A stretch of DNA of 64,000 bases from a virus (Duplodnaviria; Caudoviricetes): the IMG/VR virus record IMGVR_UViG_3300006805_000023; one strand, written 5' to 3'. The notes beneath the pieces were generated by a model. It was not told where the DNA came from and searched no databases. It worked only from the letters and a program-made list of their open reading frames with translations. This document shows, one piece after another, positions 44,152 through 53,910 of the stretch (positions are counted from its first letter, which is position 1; each line of letters opens with the position of its first letter). Position numbers and translations under genes: made by a program.

Positions 44152-46548
44152 ATGTCCACTCTGATCACCGACCTCACCCAGCGCGACTACGACGCACATG
44201 TCCTAGCCCTGATCGCACGCGCTCGGGAAACCTCACCCGGACTCTGGAACTCGTGGTTTGAGGGCGACCTTGGCAAAGTCTTGGTTGACCTGATCGCGTG
44301 GGACAACAACGTGCTCGGTCTGATCGCCGATCAGCAGGTGCGCGAAGTGTCAGTTGACACCCTGCGTTTGCGTGAGTCGATCCTCCATCACGTGAGGCTC
44401 CACGGCTACTACGTTCGCCGCAACACTCCGGCTTCTCTGCGCGTCCAGGTTCTCGCCAGTTCAGCGCCAACTGCCCCAGACGTCCTACGCATCCGCAGCG
44501 GCCAGCGTGTCAATGCTGCAGACGGGAGCGTTTGGGAAGTGTCATCCGACTTCACGGTCAACTCAGGTGAGCTCTATCCGCGCACCGTGGTAACGTCTTA
44601 CGGGGAAATCGTGGTTCCCTCAGTCAACTCCGCTGGCGCTCAAGTCAACACGACCGCTCTGGTCTGCGTCCGCAAGGGTGAGTCATTCGCCACGCTGGTC
44701 GATCTGGAGCGCAATCGCCTCCCCAGCGACACCGGATTCGGCCCCAAGGTCGCTGCTGGCATGGTGCTGCGTCTCACTTCCCAGCTGCTGGGCTCGGCGT
44801 TCGGCGACGGCCCCGACATCACCAGAGATGAATACGCGGTTCTGTCGGTCGGCGGTTTGCCAGGCGACCGGGCTACCGGCTCAGTGCTCTACCTTGACCG
44901 TCCGTGGGACTTGGATGACTGGGTCGGCAAGTGGTCCATCGAAGACCGCACCATCGTGATCTCAAACGCTGAGACGATTGTGGAGACCTTCACGCTGGAC
45001 ACCGACCCATCACTCAGGGTGAGTGCTGCCATCCAGGGCTCGTTCGGACCGATCGTTGACTCGGGGGTCGAGGCCTTCAAGCGAGCTGGTGTGCTGGGCG
45101 CTACCCTGGAGGCCGCCTTCAACGGCTCCGGAATCAGTGTGTTGGTCAATGGTGTGTTGTGGGACGAGACGGCCTCCCTGCTGCTCGAAGGCTCGGCTGC
45201 TCAGGTTTATCAGGTGGACTTCGATCAAGACGACAAGGTCACGATCACGTTCGGCGACGGCGTGCGCGGTGCTGTTCCTCCAGCTGGCACCGTCACGATT
45301 CAGTACCGGGTCGGTGGTGGCGTCAGAGGCAACATCACGCCAGGCAACTTCCAAGGGGTCGTCACCGCATCCTCCTCCTCGCCGCTGTCCAATCAGGGCG
45401 TGTCCCTGACGCTTGCCAACCCCTACACGTTCGGCAACGGTGGGCAGGAGCGCGAGGGACTGGAAGCCATCAAAGCCAACCTGCGCAACTTCATCCGGGC
45501 CAACGACCGTGGGGTGTCGGATGAGGACTACGAGTCTCTGGCTGGCAACTTCACATCTGGCGGAGGCAGGATCGCCCTGGCTCGTGCCGTTCGCCGCACC
45601 AACACAGTGCCTAGGGAGCAAAACCTGATCTGGGTGCACGCCTGGGTTAAGGGTCCGGGTGGAGCGCTGATCGCCCCTGATCTGCAGCTCAAGACCGCCC
45701 TACTTGAATACCTCAATCGCCGCAAGATGGGGACTGACGAGGTTGTGATCGTGGATGGCCAGACAGTGCCAGTCCCGTTGATCCTGCGTTACCGCTACCG
45801 CAAGGGAGTGCCTCTTTGGGAGGCTAAGGAGGCTGTGGACGGCGCTGTTGCGACGGTCATGGAAGCACAGCTCCCCGGCAGAGACCTCGATTTGTCCGAC
45901 CTCTATCTGGCAGTACGCAAGCTCAACGTCATCGAGTCCGTGGTGTTCGACCACCCGGCTGCCATCCTTGAAGCCGGACCGGATACTCTGTTCGGCAACT
46001 CCGTGGTGCGCGGCGTCATGACTCAGCTGTCGTCCCCGGCTCGCTTGGGTGACAGCTCCATCGTGGTGGCTGACTACTCGATCTTCGGAGCCGGTCAGAC
46101 CGTCATGATCTACGAGGCCAACAAGACCCCAACGGTTGCCGTGGTTGACCAGGCCGCGTCTGGCGTGGTGAGCTTCCGGAGTGGCGTTTGTCAGGCCGAA
46201 TACACGAACGCAGCCGAGGTGTACAACACCCCCTACGCAGCCTACGGGTGGAACTCAGAGCGCCCCGTCACGGTGTTCGTCCGTTACTCCTCGAACCTTG
46301 AGCCAGGAATGCTCGACCAGCCCATCAGGTTCGCTCTGGAGACCTACTTCAACCGCAGGCTTCGCCCCGGCAAGTCGCTCCGCCGGTCCGTTCTGGAGCA
46401 ACTCGTGGCACAGATTTCCGGGATCTCCGCCGTGTCGGTGTTCCTGAACCGCTACGACTCGCAGGTCGAGGAGGTCACAGTCACCACCGACGAGCAGGTA
46501 GTTATGGCGGGGCTCGTCGTCAACGGGGTCTCGCTCCAGGCAACTTGA
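44152..46548 (+). CDS. Baseplate wedge protein (T4 gp6 / baseplate J-like)
   Basis: RDYD, LVDLIA, RES, ITFGDGVRGAVPP, YRVGGGVRGN, GG.EREGLEAIK, RGVS.EDY. Confidence 0.85.
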   Translation: MSTLITDLTQRDYDAHVLALIARARETSPGLWNSWFEGDLGKVLVDLIAWDNNVLGLIADQQVREVSVDTLRLRESILHHVRLHGYYVRRNTPASLRVQVLASSAPTAPDVLRIRSGQRVNAADGSVWEVSSDFTVNSGELYPRTVVTSYGEIVVPSVNSAGAQVNTTALVCVRKGESFATLVDLERNRLPSDTGFGPKVAAGMVLRLTSQLLGSAFGDGPDITRDEYAVLSVGGLPGDRATGSVLYLDRPWDLDDWVGKWSIEDRTIVISNAETIVETFTLDTDPSLRVSAAIQGSFGPIVDSGVEAFKRAGVLGATLEAAFNGSGISVLVNGVLWDETASLLLEGSAAQVYQVDFDQDDKVTITFGDGVRGAVPPAGTVTIQYRVGGGVRGNITPGNFQGVVTASSSSPLSNQGVSLTLANPYTFGNGGQEREGLEAIKANLRNFIRANDRGVSDEDYESLAGNFTSGGGRIALARAVRRTNTVPREQNLIWVHAWVKGPGGALIAPDLQLKTALLEYLNRRKMGTDEVVIVDGQTVPVPLILRYRYRKGVPLWEAKEAVDGAVATVMEAQLPGRDLDLSDLYLAVRKLNVIESVVFDHPAAILEAGPDTLFGNSVVRGVMTQLSSPARLGDSSIVVADYSIFGAGQTVMIYEANKTPTVAVVDQAASGVVSFRSGVCQAEYTNAAEVYNTPYAAYGWNSERPVTVFVRYSSNLEPGMLDQPIRFALETYFNRRLRPGKSLRRSVLEQLVAQISGISAVSVFLNRYDSQVEEVTVTTDEQVVMAGLVVNGVSLQAT

Positions 46549-46573
46549 CAAAATCGCTAGCCCAGTTTATTTT
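46545..46573 (+). promoter_or_regulatory. Sigma70-like promoter
   Basis: TTGACA-17-TATTTT; ATG 5 nt later. Confidence 0.55.
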
Positions 46574-46578
46574 ACGAG

Positions 46579-47295
46579 ATGAGACTCCCAGACTTCGCCG
46601 AATCGCTCAAACAGAAGATCGACGCCATGGCACTGCCTGGCTGGGCCTATTCGGTGAGGTTCGACTCCAACCTGATGGACTCGGTGCACGTCCGGTTTGC
46701 CGATCAACCCAAGGAGAAGTGGCCCAACGGCATCTGGCATAACGCCAACGGTTTCCTGCTCATGATTGATGAGCGAGGCAGGCAGCGCGAGGTCGGCAGA
46801 GGCCCCTACCAGATGATCGTCAGCACCATTTCCGGACTGCCCAGAATGATCGGCAAGTCAGGCACCCTCGAACAGATCGAAAAACACATCATGAGCTACC
46901 TTAATCGCCTCAAAACTCCTCCCGCCCCAAAGCCAGTCATCACCCCGGACAAAGTGGTCGAGTCCCTGCTGGAAAGCAACGGCGTCGCCTCGTTGGATGA
47001 TGAGGCAGCAGACAACATTGACGACTATTCCGTGCTGGCTTTCACGACCAGTCCGGAGCAGACTCAGGCGGCCAAGTTGAAGGCTAAGGAACTCGGCATT
47101 GAGGCCGAGCCGTTGCAGGACCTGTTGCGTCACACCAGGAGAGAGTTCTGGAATCACATCCCGGATGAGGTGAAGACAAACAGAGAAGCGGTTCGTCTGT
47201 GCTGGACCCCAGTTTTGGGAGGTGAAGCCCTGGAACTTGAAGACGCCCTGAGAGGAATGAACATCTTCGCCGAAACCGAGTCCGTCCTCGACTAG
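46579..47295 (+). CDS. Hypothetical protein
   Basis: ORF after promoter; internal VVESLLES motif. Confidence 0.6.
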   Translation: MRLPDFAESLKQKIDAMALPGWAYSVRFDSNLMDSVHVRFADQPKEKWPNGIWHNANGFLLMIDERGRQREVGRGPYQMIVSTISGLPRMIGKSGTLEQIEKHIMSYLNRLKTPPAPKPVITPDKVVESLLESNGVASLDDEAADNIDDYSVLAFTTSPEQTQAAKLKAKELGIEAEPLQDLLRHTRREFWNHIPDEVKTNREAVRLCWTPVLGGEALELEDALRGMNIFAETESVLD

Positions 47296-47315
47296 CCATC
47301 TGATTTCTCGATTTG

Positions 47316-48755
47316 ATGACACAAGGAGCAGTCTTCTTCACGTGCGGGTCTAGCCATTGCGAGCGCCTGCTGGTAGCCATTCATTCACTTCGTCTGCAGC
47401 ACCCGCTGCTGCCGATCGCCGTAATGGCGCTGGACGACGGCAAGGCCCCTGCAGGGTTCTTCGATCACCTGCAGCAGGACAACGTGCAGGTGATTATGTT
47501 CGACCCGCAACCGGGATACAGTGCGCTGTGCCATAAGATCCGGTCGCTGCATTACGCCCCGTTCGACATCAACCTCTTCATCGACGCCGATATGGTCATC
47601 ATGGCTCCGCTCGATGAAGCCTTCAAGGTCGTCTCGGAGTCAAAGACTGTAGGCCTCGCCTTCGTGAACTTCGCGAACTGGCGCTCAGACGGCAACTCGA
47701 TCAGCAAGCGCATCCGGAGGTTTGCTGGGTTGATCGACAGCCACGCGATCGAAGCCGCAATCCAGCATGGCCCAGCCATCAACGTGGGTTCGTTCGTGTT
47801 CCGTCGTGGTCACCGCTTCCTGCAGGAGTGGGAGGACGGCACCGTGCTCGGAGCCAGGCACCGCGTGTTCATCCCCGACGAGATCTACGCGCAGGTCTCA
47901 TTGCCGCAGCTGGTCGCACTCGGCGAGGCTGTGGTACTCGGCCCTGAATGGGGTGAGTCGGTCCGTTACCCGGTCTGCAAAGAACCGAAGATCGTCCACT
48001 ACCACGGCGACAAGCATGATGGCAAGTATCCGCTGTGCGACGTCTGGCGCAAGATGCGCGACCAGAGCAAGTCCGGCAAGTTCCAGTACGCCGACAACAC
48101 TTTGGTGGTAGCGGTCGATGCAGCTTACTACAAGACCTTCTCCAAGTCTCTGGCGAACTGGCGTCAACACAACGTCATGAACGGCCTGCGCACCCTTCTG
48201 ATCCACGACGGGTCGTTGACTCAGGAGCAGATCGACCAGACCGGTTTCGAGCGTGCCGTGGTATACCAGAACCCACACACCAAGACCCAGCGCGCCCTGA
48301 TGCTCAACAGCTTCATGTTGTGCGCCCCGTTCGAGGTCGAGACCCCTTACTGGACCAAGCTCGATGCCGATTGTCAGGTTAGCCCGGAGACGCGCCTGTT
48401 TGAGTCCGCAAAATGGCGCGGCTACGACGTGGTGTCACACCGATGGGGCTACACCAAGCCAGCCGCTTGGGTCCCGACCTTGGAAGCATGGCGCAAGTCC
48501 AAAGGCGTCGGCAAGCAGTTCATCCAGGACTGGGAGTTTGACGCGCAGGCTGAGAATCGCACCTTCAGATCGGCCCGCATCCAGAGCTTTGCGTGCTTCC
48601 ACAACACCGCCTCATCCAGGGCCATGGCTGCTCCGGCGGTGGCCGACGGAGTCCTCCCGGTGCCTTCGCACGACACCTATCTGTGGTTCATGGCCGAGGC
48701 TCTCGGCTACAAGATCGAAAGGGTGAACTTGCACAAGTGGGGCTTCCGCCATTAA
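47316..48755 (+). CDS. Two-domain GT-A glycosyltransferase
   Basis: FIDAD DxD motif, IVHYHG, second WTKLDADC motif. Confidence 0.7.
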   Translation: MTQGAVFFTCGSSHCERLLVAIHSLRLQHPLLPIAVMALDDGKAPAGFFDHLQQDNVQVIMFDPQPGYSALCHKIRSLHYAPFDINLFIDADMVIMAPLDEAFKVVSESKTVGLAFVNFANWRSDGNSISKRIRRFAGLIDSHAIEAAIQHGPAINVGSFVFRRGHRFLQEWEDGTVLGARHRVFIPDEIYAQVSLPQLVALGEAVVLGPEWGESVRYPVCKEPKIVHYHGDKHDGKYPLCDVWRKMRDQSKSGKFQYADNTLVVAVDAAYYKTFSKSLANWRQHNVMNGLRTLLIHDGSLTQEQIDQTGFERAVVYQNPHTKTQRALMLNSFMLCAPFEVETPYWTKLDADCQVSPETRLFESAKWRGYDVVSHRWGYTKPAAWVPTLEAWRKSKGVGKQFIQDWEFDAQAENRTFRSARIQSFACFHNTASSRAMAAPAVADGVLPVPSHDTYLWFMAEALGYKIERVNLHKWGFRH

Positions 48756-48763
48756 GTATCCGG

Positions 48764-49036
48764 ATGCGAACCGCTGACCAGCTCGTTGAAAACCTCCTCA
48801 ACGAAGAGCCCAAAACCCCGGTGGTGGATTTTAATGACCCAGCCTTGCACGAGGCTGCAACCGAACATGGTGTTGCCCTGACACAAAGGCACGTCTCTTT
48901 GTGGAACAAGGAGGGCAACTTCGCCAAGATCCCGCTTCTGACGTCCCAGTTACTTGACTGGTTCTCAAACCATCGAAGCGCTGACTATTCGTTCGAGACC
49001 TACTTGGCAGAGGATCAGCCCGGAGAAGACGAGTAG
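48764..49036 (+). CDS. Small acidic protein with head-targeting-like leader
   Basis: MRTADQLVENLLNEE; TAAGTAT 4 nt upstream. Confidence 0.55.
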   Translation: MRTADQLVENLLNEEPKTPVVDFNDPALHEAATEHGVALTQRHVSLWNKEGNFAKIPLLTSQLLDWFSNHRSADYSFETYLAEDQPGEDE

Positions 49037-49052
49037 AGTTCTTAGACGCTGC

Positions 49053-50948
49053 ATGACGCAGCTCCTCGAACTCGAACTCTTTCAATTCTTCGCCCTTCGG
49101 CACGTAACCATACGACTTGACAATCAAGGACGTGTCCTAGTGGTCGGCCCCAACGGTGCCGGTAAAACCGCGATGCTGATCGAAGGCCCTTATTACGCCC
49201 TGTTCGGCCAATCCTTTGAGTACGGGCCGAGACCGGGTGACTCAGTGGGCAACCGGTTCCACAAGTCCTTCCTGACCCGCATCGACTTTGAGACCGCTGG
49301 TCAGACCTACCGGGTGATCCGGACTCAAGGAGTCAAGGAGTGCCAGGGGCTCAAGCTCAACCGCAACGGCCTGTTCCTGTTCAGGCAGGAGGAGCGCCAC
49401 CAGAGTCAGTGGGTTGATATGAGTCTGTCCAAGGCGGTTGACACCCAAGCGGCTATTGACCGGCTGGTAGGGATGACCGCTCTGACCTTCACGAACACCA
49501 CGACGTTCAGCTCAGACGTGCTGCGGCTGCCTGACTTCCCAGATGCAGAGAAGAAGCGCATCATCAACGACCTGCTCGGAGTCGGGAGCTGTGACACTGC
49601 CCTGAAGACCACCACCAAAATAATCGCCGACATCAACCAAGAGGTCACCCTCAAGGAGGCCTTGCATGCTGTCACCAACAACTCGGTGAAGGACGCAGTC
49701 AGGCGGGTAGCTTCTCTGGAAGAATCGGCCCTGGAGTGGCAGGAGGAACTGGAGCGCAAGGCGCAGGAGTTGGCCACCCGCAAGGAGCGCCTGGCTTCCG
49801 ACTTGAAGCTCAAGGAGGACTCACTGGCAGCCCTGACCTCAAAGACCGCCAGCGCCCGACTCTCCATCACAGAGTCCAAAGAGAAAATCATCGTGCACCG
49901 TAAGCGAATCAAGCGCTTGTCTGAGCTGTCCGACCAGTCCAAGCTGGACAAGCCTGGACTGGGCGACTCTGGCCGGATTCGCCAGAAGCTGGATGCGGCT
50001 AAGTCTGGGGCCTGTTCAGAGTGCGGCAAGCCGTTTGACGAGAAACTGGAGCCAGAGAAGCACGCCAAGCACGTCAAGGGGTTGCTCGATGAACTCGCGG
50101 CAGCCGTAGCTAAGGAGAAGCAGGAAATGGCTGACTGGAAGGTCACAGATGACGCCGTGAACAAGCGCAGGGCCAAAGAGATCTCGGATCTCGACACTGA
50201 GGAGTTGAGTCTGGAGTCAGCCAACGAAACGGTTATCAGGCTGGACCGACAGGTAGCAGAGACTGACGCTCGGATCTTTTCGCTCAAGGAGCAACTGGCG
50301 CAGGCCGACGAAGACCCGCCGGAGCAGCAGACCAACCCGCACGAGGCGCAGCTCAAGAAGGCCACCGAGGAGCTGGAGGAGTACCGCGCAAGTTCCGCCA
50401 CAACAGCAGAGCAGCTACAGGTCCTCAAGGAACGCTTGTCCAAGGAGAAGCTGTTCCAGGAGTTGTTCGGCAACCGTGGGTGCCGGGTCAACCGCCTGGA
50501 TGCTGCCCTGCCCTTCCTGAACGAGAAATGCGCCGAGGTGTCCAAGCAGCTGCAGACCGGAATCAACACCAGCTTCGTGATCCGTGGTGAGGACGAGTCC
50601 TACGCTAACACAGTGGAGGTCGTGGTGGACAACCCAATGGGGGCTGGTCAGTATCATGGCAACAGCGCTGGTGAGCGCCGTCTGGCCGACCTGATCATTC
50701 TGTTTTCGTTGCTCTCCCTTGCCACAGCGAGCCACGGGGCGATCGGTCAGGCCTTCTTCGACGAGACGTTCGAGAAGCTGTTCCCATCCATCAAGAACAA
50801 CGTCATGAAGGTCATCGGGGCCGTCAACCAGCAACGCAACTCCGTCTTCATCATCTCGCACGTAACCGAGGGACTGAGCCTGGAGCTGATCGACCAGATC
50901 TGGTCGGTAGCGAACGGGGAGATTGAGGTGGAAGACAGGCGAGGCTAG
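49053..50948 (+). CDS. SbcC/Rad50/gp46-like SMC ATPase
   Basis: GPNGAGKT, coiled coil, CSEC zinc hook, NSAGE signature, FFDE Walker B, ISH. Confidence 0.9.
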   Translation: MTQLLELELFQFFALRHVTIRLDNQGRVLVVGPNGAGKTAMLIEGPYYALFGQSFEYGPRPGDSVGNRFHKSFLTRIDFETAGQTYRVIRTQGVKECQGLKLNRNGLFLFRQEERHQSQWVDMSLSKAVDTQAAIDRLVGMTALTFTNTTTFSSDVLRLPDFPDAEKKRIINDLLGVGSCDTALKTTTKIIADINQEVTLKEALHAVTNNSVKDAVRRVASLEESALEWQEELERKAQELATRKERLASDLKLKEDSLAALTSKTASARLSITESKEKIIVHRKRIKRLSELSDQSKLDKPGLGDSGRIRQKLDAAKSGACSECGKPFDEKLEPEKHAKHVKGLLDELAAAVAKEKQEMADWKVTDDAVNKRRAKEISDLDTEELSLESANETVIRLDRQVAETDARIFSLKEQLAQADEDPPEQQTNPHEAQLKKATEELEEYRASSATTAEQLQVLKERLSKEKLFQELFGNRGCRVNRLDAALPFLNEKCAEVSKQLQTGINTSFVIRGEDESYANTVEVVVDNPMGAGQYHGNSAGERRLADLIILFSLLSLATASHGAIGQAFFDETFEKLFPSIKNNVMKVIGAVNQQRNSVFIISHVTEGLSLELIDQIWSVANGEIEVEDRRG

Positions 50949-50953
50949 TTTTC

Positions 50954-51841
50954 ATGATGGACCGAAAGATTATCATCGGGGGCCTCCCCCACCACGGCAA
51001 GACCACCATAGCAGGCATCATCGCGAGCAGGTTCGGAGTGACCTTCGCGAACACCTCGGACACCATCTACGAGCAGGTCGCCAAGGACTACGGCAAGACC
51101 GTCGAGGAGGTCCACGCGATGGATAAGGAGAAGCTGCGCCCGGAGCTGATCTTCGTGGGCGACACTCTGTGCAAGGTGCACGGCCTGGCCTATCTGACCC
51201 TGAAGCAGCTCGAAAAGCACGACGTGGTGTGCGGCGTCCGCAAGCCGCAGGAGCTGGCTCTGGTCCGGGCCGCCTATCCCAACTGCCTGTTTCTATGGGT
51301 GATCCGCCCCGGCTATCCGACGATCAAGGATAGCACCCAGCTTTCCCACAAGGACGCTGATCTGGTGATCATGAACGCGGGATCGGTCTCCGACCTGGAG
51401 TCACAGGTAACGTCTGGACTGGTCAACAACAGCCTGGGTCTGAGCCACCCCGGCAACAGCTTGTGGAACCTGCTGCACTGGTTCGCCTTCCAGCGTGACT
51501 GGAACGCACTGGAGCGCACCAACTTCATGCAGGCCTTTGAAACCCTGCTGTTCATCACCGGCAAGTCCTGCCCGTGCGCCATCGAGTTCCAGGCGATCAA
51601 GAAGGTCCTTCCGCCTCCGGCTGGGCACGACGAGTTCTGGAACTGGACTTTGCTGGTGCACGACTGGGTCAACTATAAGCGCGGCGTGCCTACCCACTGG
51701 GACTGGACCCAGGGCCATCCAGGGTTCAAGATCCTCAAGGAGGCGTTCTCATCTGGAACCGCCGAAGGCATCCTGTCCGGCACCTCTGTCCCAACCCAAC
51801 CAGCAACCGACCTCACTTACTGCGCGCCATGCTCAAAATAA
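50954..51841 (+). CDS. dNMP kinase-like P-loop domain fused to an Erv1/ALR-like sulfhydryl oxidase domain
   Basis: GGLPHHGKTT, GVRKPQE, IMNAGSVSDL; then GNSLWNLLHWFA, CPCAIEF, W..LVHDWVNYKRG, terminal CAPC. Confidence 0.65.
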   Translation: MMDRKIIIGGLPHHGKTTIAGIIASRFGVTFANTSDTIYEQVAKDYGKTVEEVHAMDKEKLRPELIFVGDTLCKVHGLAYLTLKQLEKHDVVCGVRKPQELALVRAAYPNCLFLWVIRPGYPTIKDSTQLSHKDADLVIMNAGSVSDLESQVTSGLVNNSLGLSHPGNSLWNLLHWFAFQRDWNALERTNFMQAFETLLFITGKSCPCAIEFQAIKKVLPPPAGHDEFWNWTLLVHDWVNYKRGVPTHWDWTQGHPGFKILKEAFSSGTAEGILSGTSVPTQPATDLTYCAPCSK

Positions 51842-52602
51842 CAACCAACAGCCTCAACCAGGAGCAGCTTAAGGAGCTGTTCGGAAACCACCTCGAAGTG
51901 TGCGTGTCAGTCCACAACTTTGAGCGTCGGTGGTGCTGGCAGCTGTCCAGCCTGCTCGAACAGGGAGCGCCGGTCCTGGTGACGGCAGCCTACATTATGG
52001 GCACCGGCACTCCGATGGTGTCAGAGGTGGCCGATTACTTCAACGCGATCAACCCTGGTAATCTTTACGTGCGCACCATGATGTACCCGGATCACGAGCG
52101 CTTCCAGTTTCGCGGTCTGGTTCGCACCGATCAAGTCAAGGTATCGGTCGGTAAGCGCCTGCTATTCACGGACGCTGACATGCTGGTACCCCCTGGCTGG
52201 TGTGAGGCCGCACTCAACCCTGAGTTCCCGGACCACCTTTGCTTGCACACGGGACGGTACTCCACGCTCTTGGACGAGACCAACCGGGTTGTAAATGGTC
52301 TGGAGTACCCGGTGCGCGTCGTGAGTGCCTGGGACACAGTGTCCGGAATGGAGGCTGTCAGGATGGCCGACATCGGTGCCGGATTCTGCCAGATCATCGG
52401 CGGCGACTTCATCCGCGACCGTGGCTACTACGTCAAGGAGGAGGAGAACCGCGACGGGCGCTGGGAAAAACGTGCTGTGTATCGCTCAGACAAGCAGTTC
52501 CGAGTCTCCACGGGCAAGCAGGCGGTACCACTCCCTTACATGTTCCATCTTCAACATGAGCGCGACACCACAGCAGGCTGCCACCTTACCCACCAGCGCT
52601 AA
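51829..52602 (+). CDS. GT-A (GT2-like) glycosyltransferase
   Basis: LLFTDADM DxD motif, GFCQI, FHLQH. Confidence 0.7.
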   Translation: MLKITTNSLNQEQLKELFGNHLEVCVSVHNFERRWCWQLSSLLEQGAPVLVTAAYIMGTGTPMVSEVADYFNAINPGNLYVRTMMYPDHERFQFRGLVRTDQVKVSVGKRLLFTDADMLVPPGWCEAALNPEFPDHLCLHTGRYSTLLDETNRVVNGLEYPVRVVSAWDTVSGMEAVRMADIGAGFCQIIGGDFIRDRGYYVKEEENRDGRWEKRAVYRSDKQFRVSTGKQAVPLPYMFHLQHERDTTAGCHLTHQR

Positions 52603-52897
52603 GCCGCTGGTCCTAGCCTGGACGGCACCGGCACCCCCGGATTCAACCTGCAGCTACGATCACTCCACGGCGGAGACGCTGTTTGGGCGCTTCTTGATAA
52701 CCTGGAAGGGCTGGAAGATTCTGCCCGAAAATCTGGCGTGGGGTGAGAGCCCAGGCGATCCTGGATACACGCTTGATGAGACCCCGTGGGGTGAGTTTGA
52801 GTGCAGGGGGTGGGACTCCCTAGAAGAAGTCCAGAGGTGGGCGGAGGACGAGCTGGAGCGTCGGATGCGGCTCCAGCTCGAAAAGTTCACCGCTTAG
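52556..52897 (+). CDS. Hypothetical protein
   Basis: Trp-rich ORF (YDH...ITWKGWK); start uncertain. Confidence 0.5.
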   Translation: MSATPQQAATLPTSAKPLVLAWTAPAPPDSTCSYDHSTAETLFGRFLITWKGWKILPENLAWGESPGDPGYTLDETPWGEFECRGWDSLEEVQRWAEDELERRMRLQLEKFTA

Positions 52898-53910
52898 AGG
52901 ATCGAGAGCCTGCTGGTTGACAGGTGTTCCATGACGTCCTTGCGATCCTGATCACACCACCGGCAGTCGGCCATGTTTTGAAACACCAGATCGTGCTCCT
53001 TGGCGACGTTGGTACCCAGAAGCACCGGGTTGTCAGAGTTGATGGTGACTGGGATCTGCAGGCGTGCTGCCACAACCAGGGCCGTGTTAAGCTCCTGCTT
53101 GGAGATGGTCTCAGTCCGCAGGCAGGCCGTCGGGCAGACCTCGAAAGTGACCTTGCGCAGCCGCTCCATCTCTGGCTCATTCAGCTTGATGTGAGCAAGC
53201 GATTTGAGCAGGTCCAGGCCGTGGCCGATCCGCGTAACGCCCCCGATGACGTCCAGGACGTTCAGGACGTTCATCCCAGTGTCACGTGCTTCACCGACGT
53301 GGTAGGTCAGGAACAGACCCTTTGAGTAGGCTTCGTGGAGGGGAGGCAGCATGTTCCTGGCAATCCAGTCCTTGTCGCGCTCCTGACCGGTCTCGGTCCC
53401 GCAGATGTCGAAGCCGTCGGCACCGGCCTCAATGGCAGCACGCACGGAGCCCCACAGGACCGAGACCGGTTCACGCCGGTCCGCGCACACGATCAAACGG
53501 GTCGAAATCCCGTGGCAGTCACCGGCGTCGCTGAGTCCCTGACGGGCCGCCCGGATCAGTGGCACCAGCATGTCTGGGCCACGCCGGTAGGGATCGAAGC
53601 GCATGTCGATGTGCTGCAGCTTACCGCCGGTCATCAGGTACTGGTGGACCACGGCCTCGAAGCATGAGCGCCTCACGGCGTCCGGACCCTGCTGAATGTC
53701 CTCCACCATGGCGTGAGGACCGCTCTTACGGCTCAGAAACTCATCATGAGTGGTCGTGTTGTGCTTGGTCTTGGTCATCAATTCCTCCAGTTCAATCGAG
53801 CTGAGCATGGCCAGCTTGCGCCCGGACCGGTAGGCCAGCTCCCAGAGGATGTGTGGTGGAGTTGAGCCACCGAGGTGGCAGTGAAAGTCACAGTATTTAG
53901 TTTGCTGCAT
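52894..53910 (-). CDS. Adenosine/AMP deaminase-family amidohydrolase
   Basis: DFHCHLGGS, MRFDP, GFDICG, TYHVGE, RIGHG, EVCPT, INSDNP. Confidence 0.85.
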   Translation of the reverse strand: MQQTKYCDFHCHLGGSTPPHILWELAYRSGRKLAMLSSIELEELMTKTKHNTTTHDEFLSRKSGPHAMVEDIQQGPDAVRRSCFEAVVHQYLMTGGKLQHIDMRFDPYRRGPDMLVPLIRAARQGLSDAGDCHGISTRLIVCADRREPVSVLWGSVRAAIEAGADGFDICGTETGQERDKDWIARNMLPPLHEAYSKGLFLTYHVGEARDTGMNVLNVLDVIGGVTRIGHGLDLLKSLAHIKLNEPEMERLRKVTFEVCPTACLRTETISKQELNTALVVAARLQIPVTINSDNPVLLGTNVAKEHDLVFQNMADCRWCDQDRKDVMEHLSTSRLSIL

